The position numbers and the translations under genes were made by a program. From contig JAISZY010000025.1 of the NCBI GenBank assembly GCA_031284375.1, positions 1 through 61,138 of the forward strand: 61,138 nt of DNA, written 5' to 3'. How positions within the stretch are numbered: the first letter of the stretch is position 1; the number at the start of each line of letters is the position of its first letter. The notes below the pieces were generated by a model that saw only the letters and a program-made list of their open reading frames with translations, did no database searches and was not told the DNA's origin. Below, piece by piece: positions 40,002 through 50,100 of the stretch. Source of the stretch: Tannerellaceae bacterium (GTDB taxonomy: Bacteria; Bacteroidota; Bacteroidia; Bacteroidales; Tannerellaceae).

Positions 40002-41092
40002 ACCACTTTCACAAAACGATGTGTAGGCCGTGGCCGGCCGGGCATAAGGAAACGCCAGGCTACTGTTTCTACATTGAGCGTGTCCTTGGTCAGCGCTTCG
40101 AGCGTTTCTCGCACGATTTTGTCCAATTCTCCGGGGCTGGTTTCTACACGGGCGTTTACGGTCAGCTTGATTTCTTTGCCGGTTCCCACCGAACCTCTTA
40201 CGGCTAAGGTCTCGCCCTTCCCCGTCAAATTACCGGCCACGTATTGGTCGCCACTCTCGGCTATTATTTTTACGTGCCCCACAGAATAGTTCGCCTTATC
40301 AAACTGTTTGGACAAGGCGGACAGGAAATGGCGGGTAAAGGTATCCCAATCGATATCCGTCGCCCCTTTCAGGCGAACTGTCCCATTCAGCCATCCCAAC
40401 ACTGCTTCGCCGTGCGCATAAATATCGTAATCTATGTCGGCCAATAGCAACCCGGCGTCGTTGCGTTTCGATACTTCTTCCAGCCATTCGTCGATTCCTT
40501 CTCCCGTCAAGGCGCTTACGGCAATGATTGTGGACGAGGGATAAGCCTTGGTCGTACGTTTTTTGAGTGTTGCCAGCACTTCGGGCGTAATCAGGTCTGT
40601 TTTGGCGATGAGGATGATATCACTTTCTTCGAGCTGTTTGCGGTAGATGTAGGCAGCATCGGGATGCAGTCCGGCTGTGCTGCCGCTGAGGATAGACGCA
40701 AGTCGGGCAGGGTCGGCCAATACGGAGAGAGGAGCCACTTCGAGTTCCTGCTTCCAAAACTTCTTCAAAGGTTGGATGATGGTAGCCGAAAGGTCGGTAC
40801 AACTACCCACCGGCTCGGCTATGATAACGTCTGCTTCGATTTCTCTGCGCAAACTCTGTACGGCGTGGATGAATCCGTCGAAATTACAGCAGAAACAGCT
40901 TCCGCTCACTTCGGCCACTTTCACACCCTCGCGAGCTAAGAGGGCGCTGTCTACCAATTCCGGCGCCTGATCGTTGGTAATCAAACCGGCGCAAAGACCT
41001 TTCCCCATCAGTCTCCGGGCTGCTTCCCAGAGTAAGGTTGTTTTGCCGGCTCCCAGAAAACCGCCGGCGATAATAATACGTGTTGAACTCAT
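39998..41092 (-). CDS. CobW/COG0523-like G3E P-loop GTPase (putative metallochaperone)
   Basis: GGFLGAGKTT, ITNDQ, GSCFCC, EPVGSCTD, KTD and SA..GEG motifs. Confidence 0.88.
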   Translation of the reverse strand: MSSTRIIIAGGFLGAGKTTLLWEAARRLMGKGLCAGLITNDQAPELVDSALLAREGVKVAEVSGSCFCCNFDGFIHAVQSLRREIEADVIIAEPVGSCTDLSATIIQPLKKFWKQELEVAPLSVLADPARLASILSGSTAGLHPDAAYIYRKQLEESDIILIAKTDLITPEVLATLKKRTTKAYPSSTIIAVSALTGEGIDEWLEEVSKRNDAGLLLADIDYDIYAHGEAVLGWLNGTVRLKGATDIDWDTFTRHFLSALSKQFDKANYSVGHVKIIAESGDQYVAGNLTGKGETLAVRGSVGTGKEIKLTVNARVETSPGELDKIVRETLEALTKDTLNVETVAWRFLMPGRPRPTHRFVKVV

Positions 41093-41458
41093 TGTATGTT
41101 ACTTTTAAGGATTAATACTGATAATACGTTTCATAAACAACCGGCTATCATCCCGCCAACTCGCTATCGTTGCCAAACGACGCCGTATAATCGGCAAATA
41201 ATACGATAATGGGGCTTCCCGAAGGTTTGAAAAAAAGAAGCCCAAAAGATGGGTAAAATATATTCGCATGATATTTGTTTGTTTAACGTTTGATGTTCAA
41301 AGAAAATAAAAACAAAAAAGGGGAAGACTTTTTATGTCGTAATAACGAAAAAGAAACCACTCATACCGATTAAAACCATCCCTTGCCTTTGGACAAGAAG
41401 CAGAGATAGAGAAAATAATCTATTTTTGCATACTCTTAATAAACAGAAGAGCGGATAT

Positions 41459-42724
41459 ATGGCTAAAAACAAGAAAAGAAAGAAAGTACAAACATCGCAC
41501 CATGGCGAAATTTCGGTAGCAAAACCCAGCAAGGCCGATCTGGAAGCCTGCCATGCAGCGGCAAGACGTATCTTCCGGTTGATGGGAGAAGACGAAACGT
41601 CGTTCGACTTGTTTTCCAAACATCAGAAACAGGCTATGTTCCGTATCCCCGTAGCGCCTCCGCGCGTCCGCGCCATGCCCGGACACAAGGTGCCGAAACG
41701 ATATATTCGTTTTATTCAGGAACAATTTCTTCTGTTTCTGAAAAGAGAGTATTTCGAAAAAGAAATCGGAATACGGTGGATCGAGTTGTTTACCGTTGGG
41801 CAGAACCTCATGCTGATATTCTCTTCCAATATCTTTTTAAATTCCCTCCCGGAGCCACAGCGCAGGGTGGCAGACAATATGTACAAGGCCTTCCGGGATA
41901 AAGAGCTTTTCCCAAAGATGCAAGACCGGATGCTCGCTGTAATCAAAACCTTGCTGATGATGATTTCTCAACCCAACTTTCGCATCTACGGACATTATAT
42001 TGAAGAACTTCGCCCAATGGAATACAGGCACGCCCTGCAACCCGTTGTATACATTACCACAAACGCATGTGAGTCCATCCGTTTCAGGTATCACAACAAA
42101 GAACACAAGGCTTTCCGCATAGCTGTGGGACAAGAGTTGGGTACGCCCTGTCTGGGCGCAACCATCGAGATGAACAAAATCTACCCCAATGTATCGCCCA
42201 ACAGGACGCTGAACATCTACGTACAGTCGCACGCCCTCCACCGTTTCAAGGAACGCATCGACACGTTCTTTCCCAGCTTACGCAACCAACTTTTAGTCTT
42301 CTCCCTATTCTCCTCCCAGCGTGTGGTGAACGGCCCCGGCGGGATACAACTATTTGTCTGCATCTCGCCCTCCCGCAACGAGGATCTGGCCATTGGCTAT
42401 CTTCCCTTTACCATAGATGGAAACAATCTGTTTATCCTCACCCTCTTGCCCTTGCTTAGCCGCAATACACCCGAAGGACATGTTTTGTGCAACCGTTTGC
42501 GCCTGTCAACCGCAGACTTAAAGTATCTGGGCATGGACAAACTCAGTTTCTTCTTCGAGGTAGATATAGAACAGATTCCGGTACTCAAAGAAATATTGTT
42601 CGACGAACTGCATCTCGACTATATCCGAAACAAACTGGGAAGCATGTATCACGCCAAAAACAACCCCTTCAACGAAAAGAAAACGCTTTTTGTGAAAAAC
42701 TTTTTTCAAAAACTCGAAAAATAA
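41459..42724 (+). CDS. Hypothetical protein
   Basis: 421-aa ORF from MAKNKK with a TATTTTTG promoter motif at about 41421; contains QSHALHRFKERID. Confidence 0.7.
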   Translation: MAKNKKRKKVQTSHHGEISVAKPSKADLEACHAAARRIFRLMGEDETSFDLFSKHQKQAMFRIPVAPPRVRAMPGHKVPKRYIRFIQEQFLLFLKREYFEKEIGIRWIELFTVGQNLMLIFSSNIFLNSLPEPQRRVADNMYKAFRDKELFPKMQDRMLAVIKTLLMMISQPNFRIYGHYIEELRPMEYRHALQPVVYITTNACESIRFRYHNKEHKAFRIAVGQELGTPCLGATIEMNKIYPNVSPNRTLNIYVQSHALHRFKERIDTFFPSLRNQLLVFSLFSSQRVVNGPGGIQLFVCISPSRNEDLAIGYLPFTIDGNNLFILTLLPLLSRNTPEGHVLCNRLRLSTADLKYLGMDKLSFFFEVDIEQIPVLKEILFDELHLDYIRNKLGSMYHAKNNPFNEKKTLFVKNFFQKLEK

Positions 42725-42750
42725 CCGGTTAATTCTTTATTTGAGGCGCT
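42721..42750 (+). repeat. Left arm of a 30-bp inverted repeat
   Basis: ATAACCGGTTAATTCTTTATTTGAGGCGCT matches the reverse complement of 43268-43297 at 27 of 30 positions. Confidence 0.85.
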
Positions 42751-42881
42751 CCTTCGAGGACGTAGGGAATCCCTTCGTGGACGTAGGGAATCCCCCGGAG
42801 CCGGGAAGATTTCCCGAAAGAACATGCGGCAATAATTTTATTTTTATACTGCGCGCGGCACAGTTTGCTTGCCTTTTTCCC
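42751..42881 (-). repeat. Dispersed repeat family A, copy 3, permuted (right arm joined to left arm)
   Basis: Minus strand reads GGGAAAAAGGCAAGCAAACTGTGCCGCGCGCAGTATA|AAAATAAAATTATTGCCGCATG..., then about two tandem units. Confidence 0.85.
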
Positions 42882-43258
42882 TTAGCACCTCTGTACAGGT
42901 TCCCACGTTCCTCGTAAGAGCCTCCATGTAACTCGTGCCGTCTATATACCGGATGCCGCTAAGGCAGTAAGCAGGTTTCTCCTTAGCTTATCCCGAACCA
43001 AGTCTATGAGTTCGGTTTTGACATCATCTTGCGCATTTCGGTACCTCATCATCGGTTCATTTACATTCACCTTTTACATGGTCACCTGCCTGTCTCTTGA
43101 CAGACTTTTCGGACATCGCTCACGACCTTAGCTCTTTACTAAAGCCGCATGCCGCGGTTTGAAACCTCCTCCTGTAAGGCGGTTCCGAGGGGCCTACCCT
43201 CATTTCTCACCAAGCACCGAACTACCGTTATTCTGGCGATAGTTCGTTCGTGGCACAC
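42866..43258 (-). mobile_element. 5' fragment (domain I to start of domain II) of a group II intron, RmInt1/class D-like; no ORF
   Basis: Minus strand starts GTGTGCC at 43258. It contains, in order, GGTTTCAAACC, GTAAAGAGC..GGTCGTGAGCG, GCAGGTG, GAATGTAAATGAACC, GATGTCAAAACC, GCGGCATCCGG and GGAACGTGGGAACC..AAGGGA, as recalled for class D introns. Confidence 0.8.
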
Positions 43259-43267
43259 TATACAATA

Positions 43268-43297
43268 GCGCCTCAAAAAAAGATTTAACCGGTCATT
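43268..43297 (-). repeat. Right arm of the 30-bp inverted repeat
   Basis: AGCGCCTCAAAAAAAGATTTAACCGGTCAT. Confidence 0.85.
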
Positions 43298-43355
43298 TAG
43301 AGTTTCTTCCATCTCATCTTTTTTCATATAGAAGTTATTTTCTTACTTTTGTCCT

Positions 43356-44258
43356 ATGTTTTATTACAGAAGAAAATTGTTATTAGGATTAATTCAGAAA
43401 TTAGGCGGTGAAGTCTTATCGACTCCATTGCAAAAAAAGTTATTTCTTTTGACTCGTCAACAAAAAGAAAAATCATTTGATTTTATTCCGTACAAATATG
43501 GTTGTTTTTCATTACTGGCAAATAATGACCTTGGTGTGCTTGAAAAAATGGGATTCATTAAGAAAAAATATAGTGGAACATCAATCTCATGGCAATTGGT
43601 TAGTAATGACGATTTTATAGGCCAATTACGAACAGAAGATAAGTCAGCTATAAATTATATCCATAATACTTTCGGCAGGTATAGTGGAAATGAATTAATT
43701 AAATACACATATATTAATTTCCCTTTTTGGGCAATAAACAGTACGATTCTCGATGAATTACTTGACAAAGAGGAGAAAGAAAAAGTATTATTGCAGAAAA
43801 AGAAAGTTTCAGATAATTGTTTATTTACGATAGGATATGAAGGAAAATCTTTAGAAACTTACATTAATCAATTGATTATAAACGATGTCAAGGTTCTTTG
43901 TGATGTTAGAAAAAATCCTTTGAGTAAAAAGTGGGGATTTTCGAAATCTTTATTAAAAGATGCTTGTGAGAAAGTGAATATAAAATATGTTCATATTCCA
44001 CAATTGGGTATTGAGTCAGAAGAAAGACATGATTTGAAAACCATTTCAGACTACAAAAAACTATTTGAAACATACGAAAAAACGACATTGAGAGTAAATA
44101 ACTCTTACTTGCTAAGTATAATTGAAATTCTTCAAGATAACAAACGTGTGGCATTAACTTGTTTTGAGAAAGATGTTTGTATGTGTCATAGGGGCGTTGT
44201 TGCTAAGAGTTTAATGTCTCTGGATGCTTTAAAGAGTTATAAGTTAAAAAATCTATGA
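43356..44258 (+). CDS. DUF488-family protein with N-terminal SocA/Panacea-like winged-helix domain
   Basis: N-terminus LQKKLFL..FDFIPYKYGCFS; C-terminus LFTIGYEG, DVRKNP.S.K.GFSK, LG and LTCFE.....CHR. AT-rich. Confidence 0.85.
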   Translation: MFYYRRKLLLGLIQKLGGEVLSTPLQKKLFLLTRQQKEKSFDFIPYKYGCFSLLANNDLGVLEKMGFIKKKYSGTSISWQLVSNDDFIGQLRTEDKSAINYIHNTFGRYSGNELIKYTYINFPFWAINSTILDELLDKEEKEKVLLQKKKVSDNCLFTIGYEGKSLETYINQLIINDVKVLCDVRKNPLSKKWGFSKSLLKDACEKVNIKYVHIPQLGIESEERHDLKTISDYKKLFETYEKTTLRVNNSYLLSIIEILQDNKRVALTCFEKDVCMCHRGVVAKSLMSLDALKSYKLKNL

Positions 44259-44264
44259 GTTTGG

Positions 44265-45104
44265 ATGCGAAAGAAAGTTCTTATAACAGTTACTACGTTT
44301 CCGTTACCATCCAGAAGCTACGATGAATTGGTTTGTACCGCTGGTGTTTTGGAAGACGGTACTTGGATTAGAATTTACCCTATGCCATTAAGTTTTTTAA
44401 AAGAATTGAAAATTCACGGTCGAGTTCAAAAAACAAAATATACATGGATTGAGTTAGACTTAAAAAAACGTACTAATGACTTTCGCCCCGAAAGCCATTC
44501 TCCCAATGACTACAATTTTAAAGATTTAGTTGTTTATAATAATATCGGAACAGATAGATTTTGGGAAGAACGAAAAATGTATTGCTTAAAAAATGTCTAT
44601 ACCAATATGAGTAAACTAATTGAGGATTCTAAAGACCCTCAAAATGTTTCTTTAGCAACATTTAAACCTCTAAAAATTACGGATTTTATAATTGAAGAAA
44701 GCGAAAGAGAATGGAAACCAGAATGGAAAAGTCTAATACAACAACATCAAATAAATTTTGATAATCCAGATAACCCCATTCAAAAGGAATTATCCGCTAA
44801 ACTCCCTTATACATTTTCATATAAATTTGAAGAAGAAAGTGGTACAACCAGAACACTAATGATTGAAGATTGGGAAATCGCTCAATTATTTTGGAACTGC
44901 TTAAGAAATAGTAAGGGAGACGAAACGAAAGCATGTCAAGCTGTAAAAAAGAAATATTTTGATATTTTCACGAAAGAACATGATATATACTTTTTTCTTG
45001 GGACTACAAGAGAATGGCATACGAGAAGAAGTAGAAATCCATTTGTTATTATTGGTGTTTTCTACCCCAAGAAAAATCCCGATACACAATTGTCGTTGTG
45101 GTAA
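44265..45104 (+). CDS. Conserved hypothetical protein, dual-OB-fold-like N-terminus
   Basis: ELVCTAG....WIRIYP, D.RPES, IEDWE, FFLGT and F.IIGVFYP motifs; 6 bp after the DUF488 gene; AT-rich. Confidence 0.7.
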   Translation: MRKKVLITVTTFPLPSRSYDELVCTAGVLEDGTWIRIYPMPLSFLKELKIHGRVQKTKYTWIELDLKKRTNDFRPESHSPNDYNFKDLVVYNNIGTDRFWEERKMYCLKNVYTNMSKLIEDSKDPQNVSLATFKPLKITDFIIEESEREWKPEWKSLIQQHQINFDNPDNPIQKELSAKLPYTFSYKFEEESGTTRTLMIEDWEIAQLFWNCLRNSKGDETKACQAVKKKYFDIFTKEHDIYFFLGTTREWHTRRSRNPFVIIGVFYPKKNPDTQLSLW

Positions 45105-45350
45105 CATTTTTCCTTCATTGTCTATTTGCCGTTCCTGCATTTCGAGTTGTTCAGCAATTGTACATGTCTTATTTTATGCATAATGATGACCGTTGATTAC
45201 TAAGCTCAATAATACCGCGCTAAAATTCTGATTTCTCCGCTTCTTCGGCAAAACCTAAGTTTTTACAGTAAAATTCTACGGTTTGCCGAATATCGGCAAC
45301 TGCTACTTATATCTTTCCGGATGACCCCTGTGTAAAATTACAATGAAAGC

Positions 45351-45383
45351 AAATCCCGTACCGACTCGGCCGGTACGGGATTT
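45351..45383 (-). terminator. Terminator-like hairpin after susD-like gene
   Basis: Perfect 13-bp stem AAATCCCGTACCG / CGGTACGGGATTT, 11 bp past the stop codon. Confidence 0.7.
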
Positions 45384-45394
45384 CGGGTAAAAAA

Positions 45395-47071
45395 TCAATA
45401 ACCGTAATTTTGAGAAAGTTTTGTGTTCAACTGAAGAACGGAGGTAGGTATTGGGAATACGGTTGTGTAACCCGTTTTGTCTTCTACATAATCGCCTACT
45501 ACAACGTTGTGACGGACACCGGGATAGCGATCTAATGTCGGCTCTGTGTACATTCCGAAGCGGATTTGGTCTTGCCGCCTCATGCCTTCGTAAGAAAGTT
45601 CCAGTAAGCGTTCGTCGAGGATGTCTTGTAGCGTAACGTTTGTTTTCGGAGGAGCATTTACCCGGTTTCGGACTTTATTCAGTTCCTCATCGCCGTTTTG
45701 CCCTAAACGTACTTTGGCTTCGGCAGCCAGCAAAAGGGCATCGGCATAGCGGTAGAAGACTTTATCGTTGTTATGGTTGTTGTACGAAGGGGTTGTATTG
45801 TCTATTTCATACTTACCCATGCGTGCTCCGGCCATTTTTACGGTATAATCGTCTACATCGGCGCTGAAGTCTACTACAACGCTGAGCGGATTATACACCA
45901 AAGGTTTGCCGGCACTGGCAAGGACTTGTTCTCCATTCACCACAACAGGGCCGTAGAAGAAAGTAAAATCCATACGAGGGTCTTGTTGAGGAGTACCGTA
46001 TTGGAATACCTTCATTTGTTCCAGCGTAGCGCAGGCGCCGTTCCATCCTTGCAGTCTGAGGGCATTGGCATGAGAAGGATGCAAGGTTTGGGTGAGCTGT
46101 TGATCGGTCACTTTATAAGTTGTTCCATCGCTTGGCTGAGTCCAGATATTTTCAACAGAGGCATCATTGTTTTTGCTGAAATTCACCTTGAAGTCGGCTT
46201 GCAAGGAGTATCCTTCCCGTTCTATTTGTCGGCAGCAATAAATAACGGTTTCCCAGGCATTTCGTGTTACTCCGTCTAATGTGATGGAAATATTTTTGCC
46301 GGCTTCATTTATTCCCGGTGCAACTTTGTCAATACCTCCCACTAAGGAGCCGTCGTCCCATTGGTTTTTCGTAAACACCGGGCTATTGATTGCCATCTTT
46401 GCCAAAGCCATATATCCTACCGCTTTCGTTATCCGTCCGTAATAAGGGCCGGAATTTTGGCATTTAGCGCTTATCAAGTGAGGGATACAATCGGTTAGTT
46501 CTTCTATAACGAACTGATAAACTTCGCTTCTACTCGATTGGTTTACATCCGATATACGTACTTGGGATGAAGTAACGAGCGGAACTCGTCCGAAGAAATC
46601 TACTAATTGCATATAGACAATGGCCCGAATGCTTCTTACTTCGTATTGGTATTCTAATAGAAAATCGTCGCCGCCGGCTTGTATAAATGTTTCTAAGTTA
46701 TCGATCGAAGTATTGCAGTTGCCTATCAGACTGTACATATTGTTCCATACGGTATTGGTGGTGGCAAGTCCCGGCCCGAAATTGTGCAGGAACAGGGATT
46801 GCCATTTTCCGCCATCTACCCAGTCGGCTTGCCGGCCCGGTAAGATCCATCCGTCGGCAGTAAATTCCTGCAGACAATGTACGTTCTCTCTGGCCCCATA
46901 AAATCGGCTGCCAAAAGCGGAATAAACCGATGCCACGGTATTGACGTACACCATTGTGGCGCTTTTGTAAGCTTCTTCTTCCGGGATTCGACTTTGCGGT
47001 GTTTCTTCAAGGAAGCCGGAACAGCTTGAAAGCAGTCCTACCGTTAGCGAACCTAATATTATCTTTTTCAT
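45395..47071 (-). CDS. SusD/RagB-family lipoprotein
   Basis: Lipobox LSSC; D.FGRVP, RYADALL.AAEA, ERLLEL.YEG.RRQDQIRFG and QN.GY motifs. Confidence 0.95.
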   Translation of the reverse strand: MKKIILGSLTVGLLSSCSGFLEETPQSRIPEEEAYKSATMVYVNTVASVYSAFGSRFYGARENVHCLQEFTADGWILPGRQADWVDGGKWQSLFLHNFGPGLATTNTVWNNMYSLIGNCNTSIDNLETFIQAGGDDFLLEYQYEVRSIRAIVYMQLVDFFGRVPLVTSSQVRISDVNQSSRSEVYQFVIEELTDCIPHLISAKCQNSGPYYGRITKAVGYMALAKMAINSPVFTKNQWDDGSLVGGIDKVAPGINEAGKNISITLDGVTRNAWETVIYCCRQIEREGYSLQADFKVNFSKNNDASVENIWTQPSDGTTYKVTDQQLTQTLHPSHANALRLQGWNGACATLEQMKVFQYGTPQQDPRMDFTFFYGPVVVNGEQVLASAGKPLVYNPLSVVVDFSADVDDYTVKMAGARMGKYEIDNTTPSYNNHNNDKVFYRYADALLLAAEAKVRLGQNGDEELNKVRNRVNAPPKTNVTLQDILDERLLELSYEGMRRQDQIRFGMYTEPTLDRYPGVRHNVVVGDYVEDKTGYTTVFPIPTSVLQLNTKLSQNYGY

Positions 47072-47105
47072 AAAAATCGTATTACTTGAATGTGTTGTGT
47101 ATAAT

Positions 47106-50100
47106 TTAGAATTTAATACCTACCGAAACGGAATAAACACGTCTCAAGGGATAGATGAGTTTATCGTCTACTCCCAGCGTTAAAGCGCCCGAACCACTGG
47201 CTCCGGCTGACCGGGAGGCTGTATTGGCCGAATTAATAAGCGGAGTCAGACCGGAATATCCGGTGATGGTTGCCACATTATTAACGGAGAGGGCCAGACG
47301 CAGACCTTTTACGTACTTCGTTTGCAGAACATTTGCAGGAATATTGTAGCCCAACGTAATATATTCGATATTCACGTAGTCTCCTTTTTCTAAGTAATAA
47401 TCCGAAATTTTAATATCGTATATACTTTTGTCTAAAGCTCCCTCTATCACATTGTACGTTGGAAACGAAGAAAGATTATTGAATGTGAGGTTTGTACCAT
47501 TAAATATCTTATGTCCGAACGCTCCGTTCAATTGGGCTACCAGGTCTACGTTTTTATACCGCAGGTTGATTGAGCTTCCCAGATACACTTTCGGAATAGA
47601 TTGTCCGGCAATGTACCGGTCGCCGTTATCGGACAGGTCTACGCTTCCGTTACCGTCTAAGTCGGCTATATCGTACAAGAACTTACCGTCTTCTTTTTCA
47701 ATCAGTCCGTTGGCATGTGGGATGTAGAATACGCCGATGGGGCTCCCCTCCGTAAGATAGGTTACACCGGCATATTGCGTTAGCCCCGTAGCATTTACAC
47801 TGGCTAATTGGATGTATTGGCTCGTTGTAAAGTTGGTACCCATGTATGTTCCGCTCAGCGATTCCACTTTATTTTTCTGAATCGACACATTCGCTCCTAT
47901 GCCGAAAGAGAAATCTTTGTTTCTTATGATGTCTCCATTCACGGCAAACTCGAATCCATTGTTTGTCATTTCTCCAAGGTTGGCCAGCATAGTTGTATAA
48001 ACAAAGGGAGGAATCGGTACGGTATACGTGTATAGCATGTCTTTCGTACGGGAAGTATAATAGTCGGCCGTCAGGCGCAAACGGGAATTGAACATGGTTA
48101 AATCGATTCCTACATCGAAGGTATATTTCTTTTCCCAGCGCAGATCCGGGTTGGAATTGGAGGCGATGGCAAATGTTGTGGTTGTAGAACCGTTCACCAA
48201 GGTCGTTCCGTTGGGCGACATTAACGATAAAGAATTGTAAGGACTAATGGCGTCCTGATTGCCGGTCACTCCGTAGCCCACTCTTACTTTCAGGTTGTTT
48301 ATCGCCTTCAAGTCTGCCATAAAGGATTCGTTGGAAACGACCCATGCGGCAGAAGCCGAAGGGAAGAGGCCCCATTGATTTCCCGAACCCAATTTGGAAG
48401 AACCATCGCGCCGCACATTGGCCGTAATCACATATTTCCCATCATACATATAATTCGCACGAGCCATATAGGACAATAACGTATACAGGGTTGCATTAGA
48501 GGTAGCATCTCCCCAGCTAATATTGGCTCCGGCTTGTAGATTATTGTATTTGAAATAGTTTGTTTCAAAACCGCTAACTCTTGTTCTGGATTCAAAGAAT
48601 ATTTGTTTCTGAGCTTCCAATAGCGCCAGTGCGTTAAAGCTATGTGGCCCCACCTCTTTGACATAACTCAACTGTATATTGCCCATCAAATCGTTTCGTT
48701 CGGCATATTGTAAATAGGCTAAGCCATTCCCATTCATCAAACCTTGCTGAATATCGTTGGGGATATACCGTCTTTGATTATTGCTGAAGTAGGTATATGA
48801 ACCGAAGCCCGTCAGATTTAAACCTTTGGTGATTTCGTAATTGACTCTTCCGTTCACGTTCACGCGCGACGCTATATTTCTGTTGCTGATTTCGAGCATC
48901 CCAAGCGGATTATACACTTCAATGGCAACGGGGTCTTCATCCCATTGGCCGGTTTCCGGATTCTTATAATCCGGGTAAGTAGGATTGTAGGATGCTGCCG
49001 AATAAAATGTGCGGTAGGTATCGAATTGCTGGTCTCCTTCTCTTCGCGAGCCAAACATACCGAGGTCGAACCTCACTTTTTTGTCGAACGCATATTGTGT
49101 CCCGTCTATTTTAGCCGTATAATTACGCATTCCGGAATTTTTCAATAAGCCGGGATTATCTACCACGCCCAGCGAGGCTCTCATACCGGACACATCGTTT
49201 CCATGCGTAAAGGAAAGGTTATGCGTTTGTGCCAACGTACCTTGTCGCTGAATTGCTTCGGTCCAGTTGGTACTATGCCCCATATCGTTTGTAGAGAATC
49301 CTAATTTTTTCGCGCCGGCTCTCCATTCGTCGGCAGTCAGCATACTAAGATTCTTATAAACGTGGCTTACTCCAAACAGACCGTTATACTCAATTTGGCT
49401 GAATCCGGCTTTTCCTCGTTGCGTAGATACAACAATAACGCCGGACGCACCCCGGCTACCGTACTGAGCCGTTTCGGAGGCATCTTTCAGAATAGTGAGC
49501 GATTCGATATCCGAAGGCGAAATAGCGCGGAACATATCCAAATCGCCAAAGACACCGTCGATAATCACTAAAGGGTCGTTTCCGCCGGAGAGGGAAGTGG
49601 TTCCGCGAATGCGTATATTGATATCGGCGGTAGGGTCTCCTCCCACATTGCTGATAACAACGCCGGCTACTTTTCCTTTCAGCGCATCCAGCGGTTCGGT
49701 AATGACTCCGGTATTCATGTCTTCTCTCCTCACTTTCTCTACAACACCGGATACGGAACGTTTATTCCCTACGGCGTATCCGATAACCACCACATCGTCC
49801 AATCTTTGGACGTCTTCTTCCAAGAGGACGTTGGCAACGGATTCACTGCCTATCCTTACTTCTTTGCTCATATAGCCGATGTAAGAAAAGACTAAAATCC
49901 GATTGTTCCCTTCTCTTAATTCGATAGAATATCTGCCGTCTATATCCGTAACCGTACCGTTTTGTGTTCCTTTTTCCAGTATGGTGGCCCCAATAATCGC
50001 TTCGCCGGTCGCATCTGTAACCCGTCCTGTAATCCTTCTGCTGTTTTGTTGAGGAATAGAAAGAGGATACGTATTGGAGGAAGAAGTCTTTTGGGCTTTG

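Noticed and set aside
42866-43258. Functional group II intron, retron or DGR
   Set aside because: No reverse transcriptase ORF, domain V/VI or template/variable repeat pair was seen in the window.
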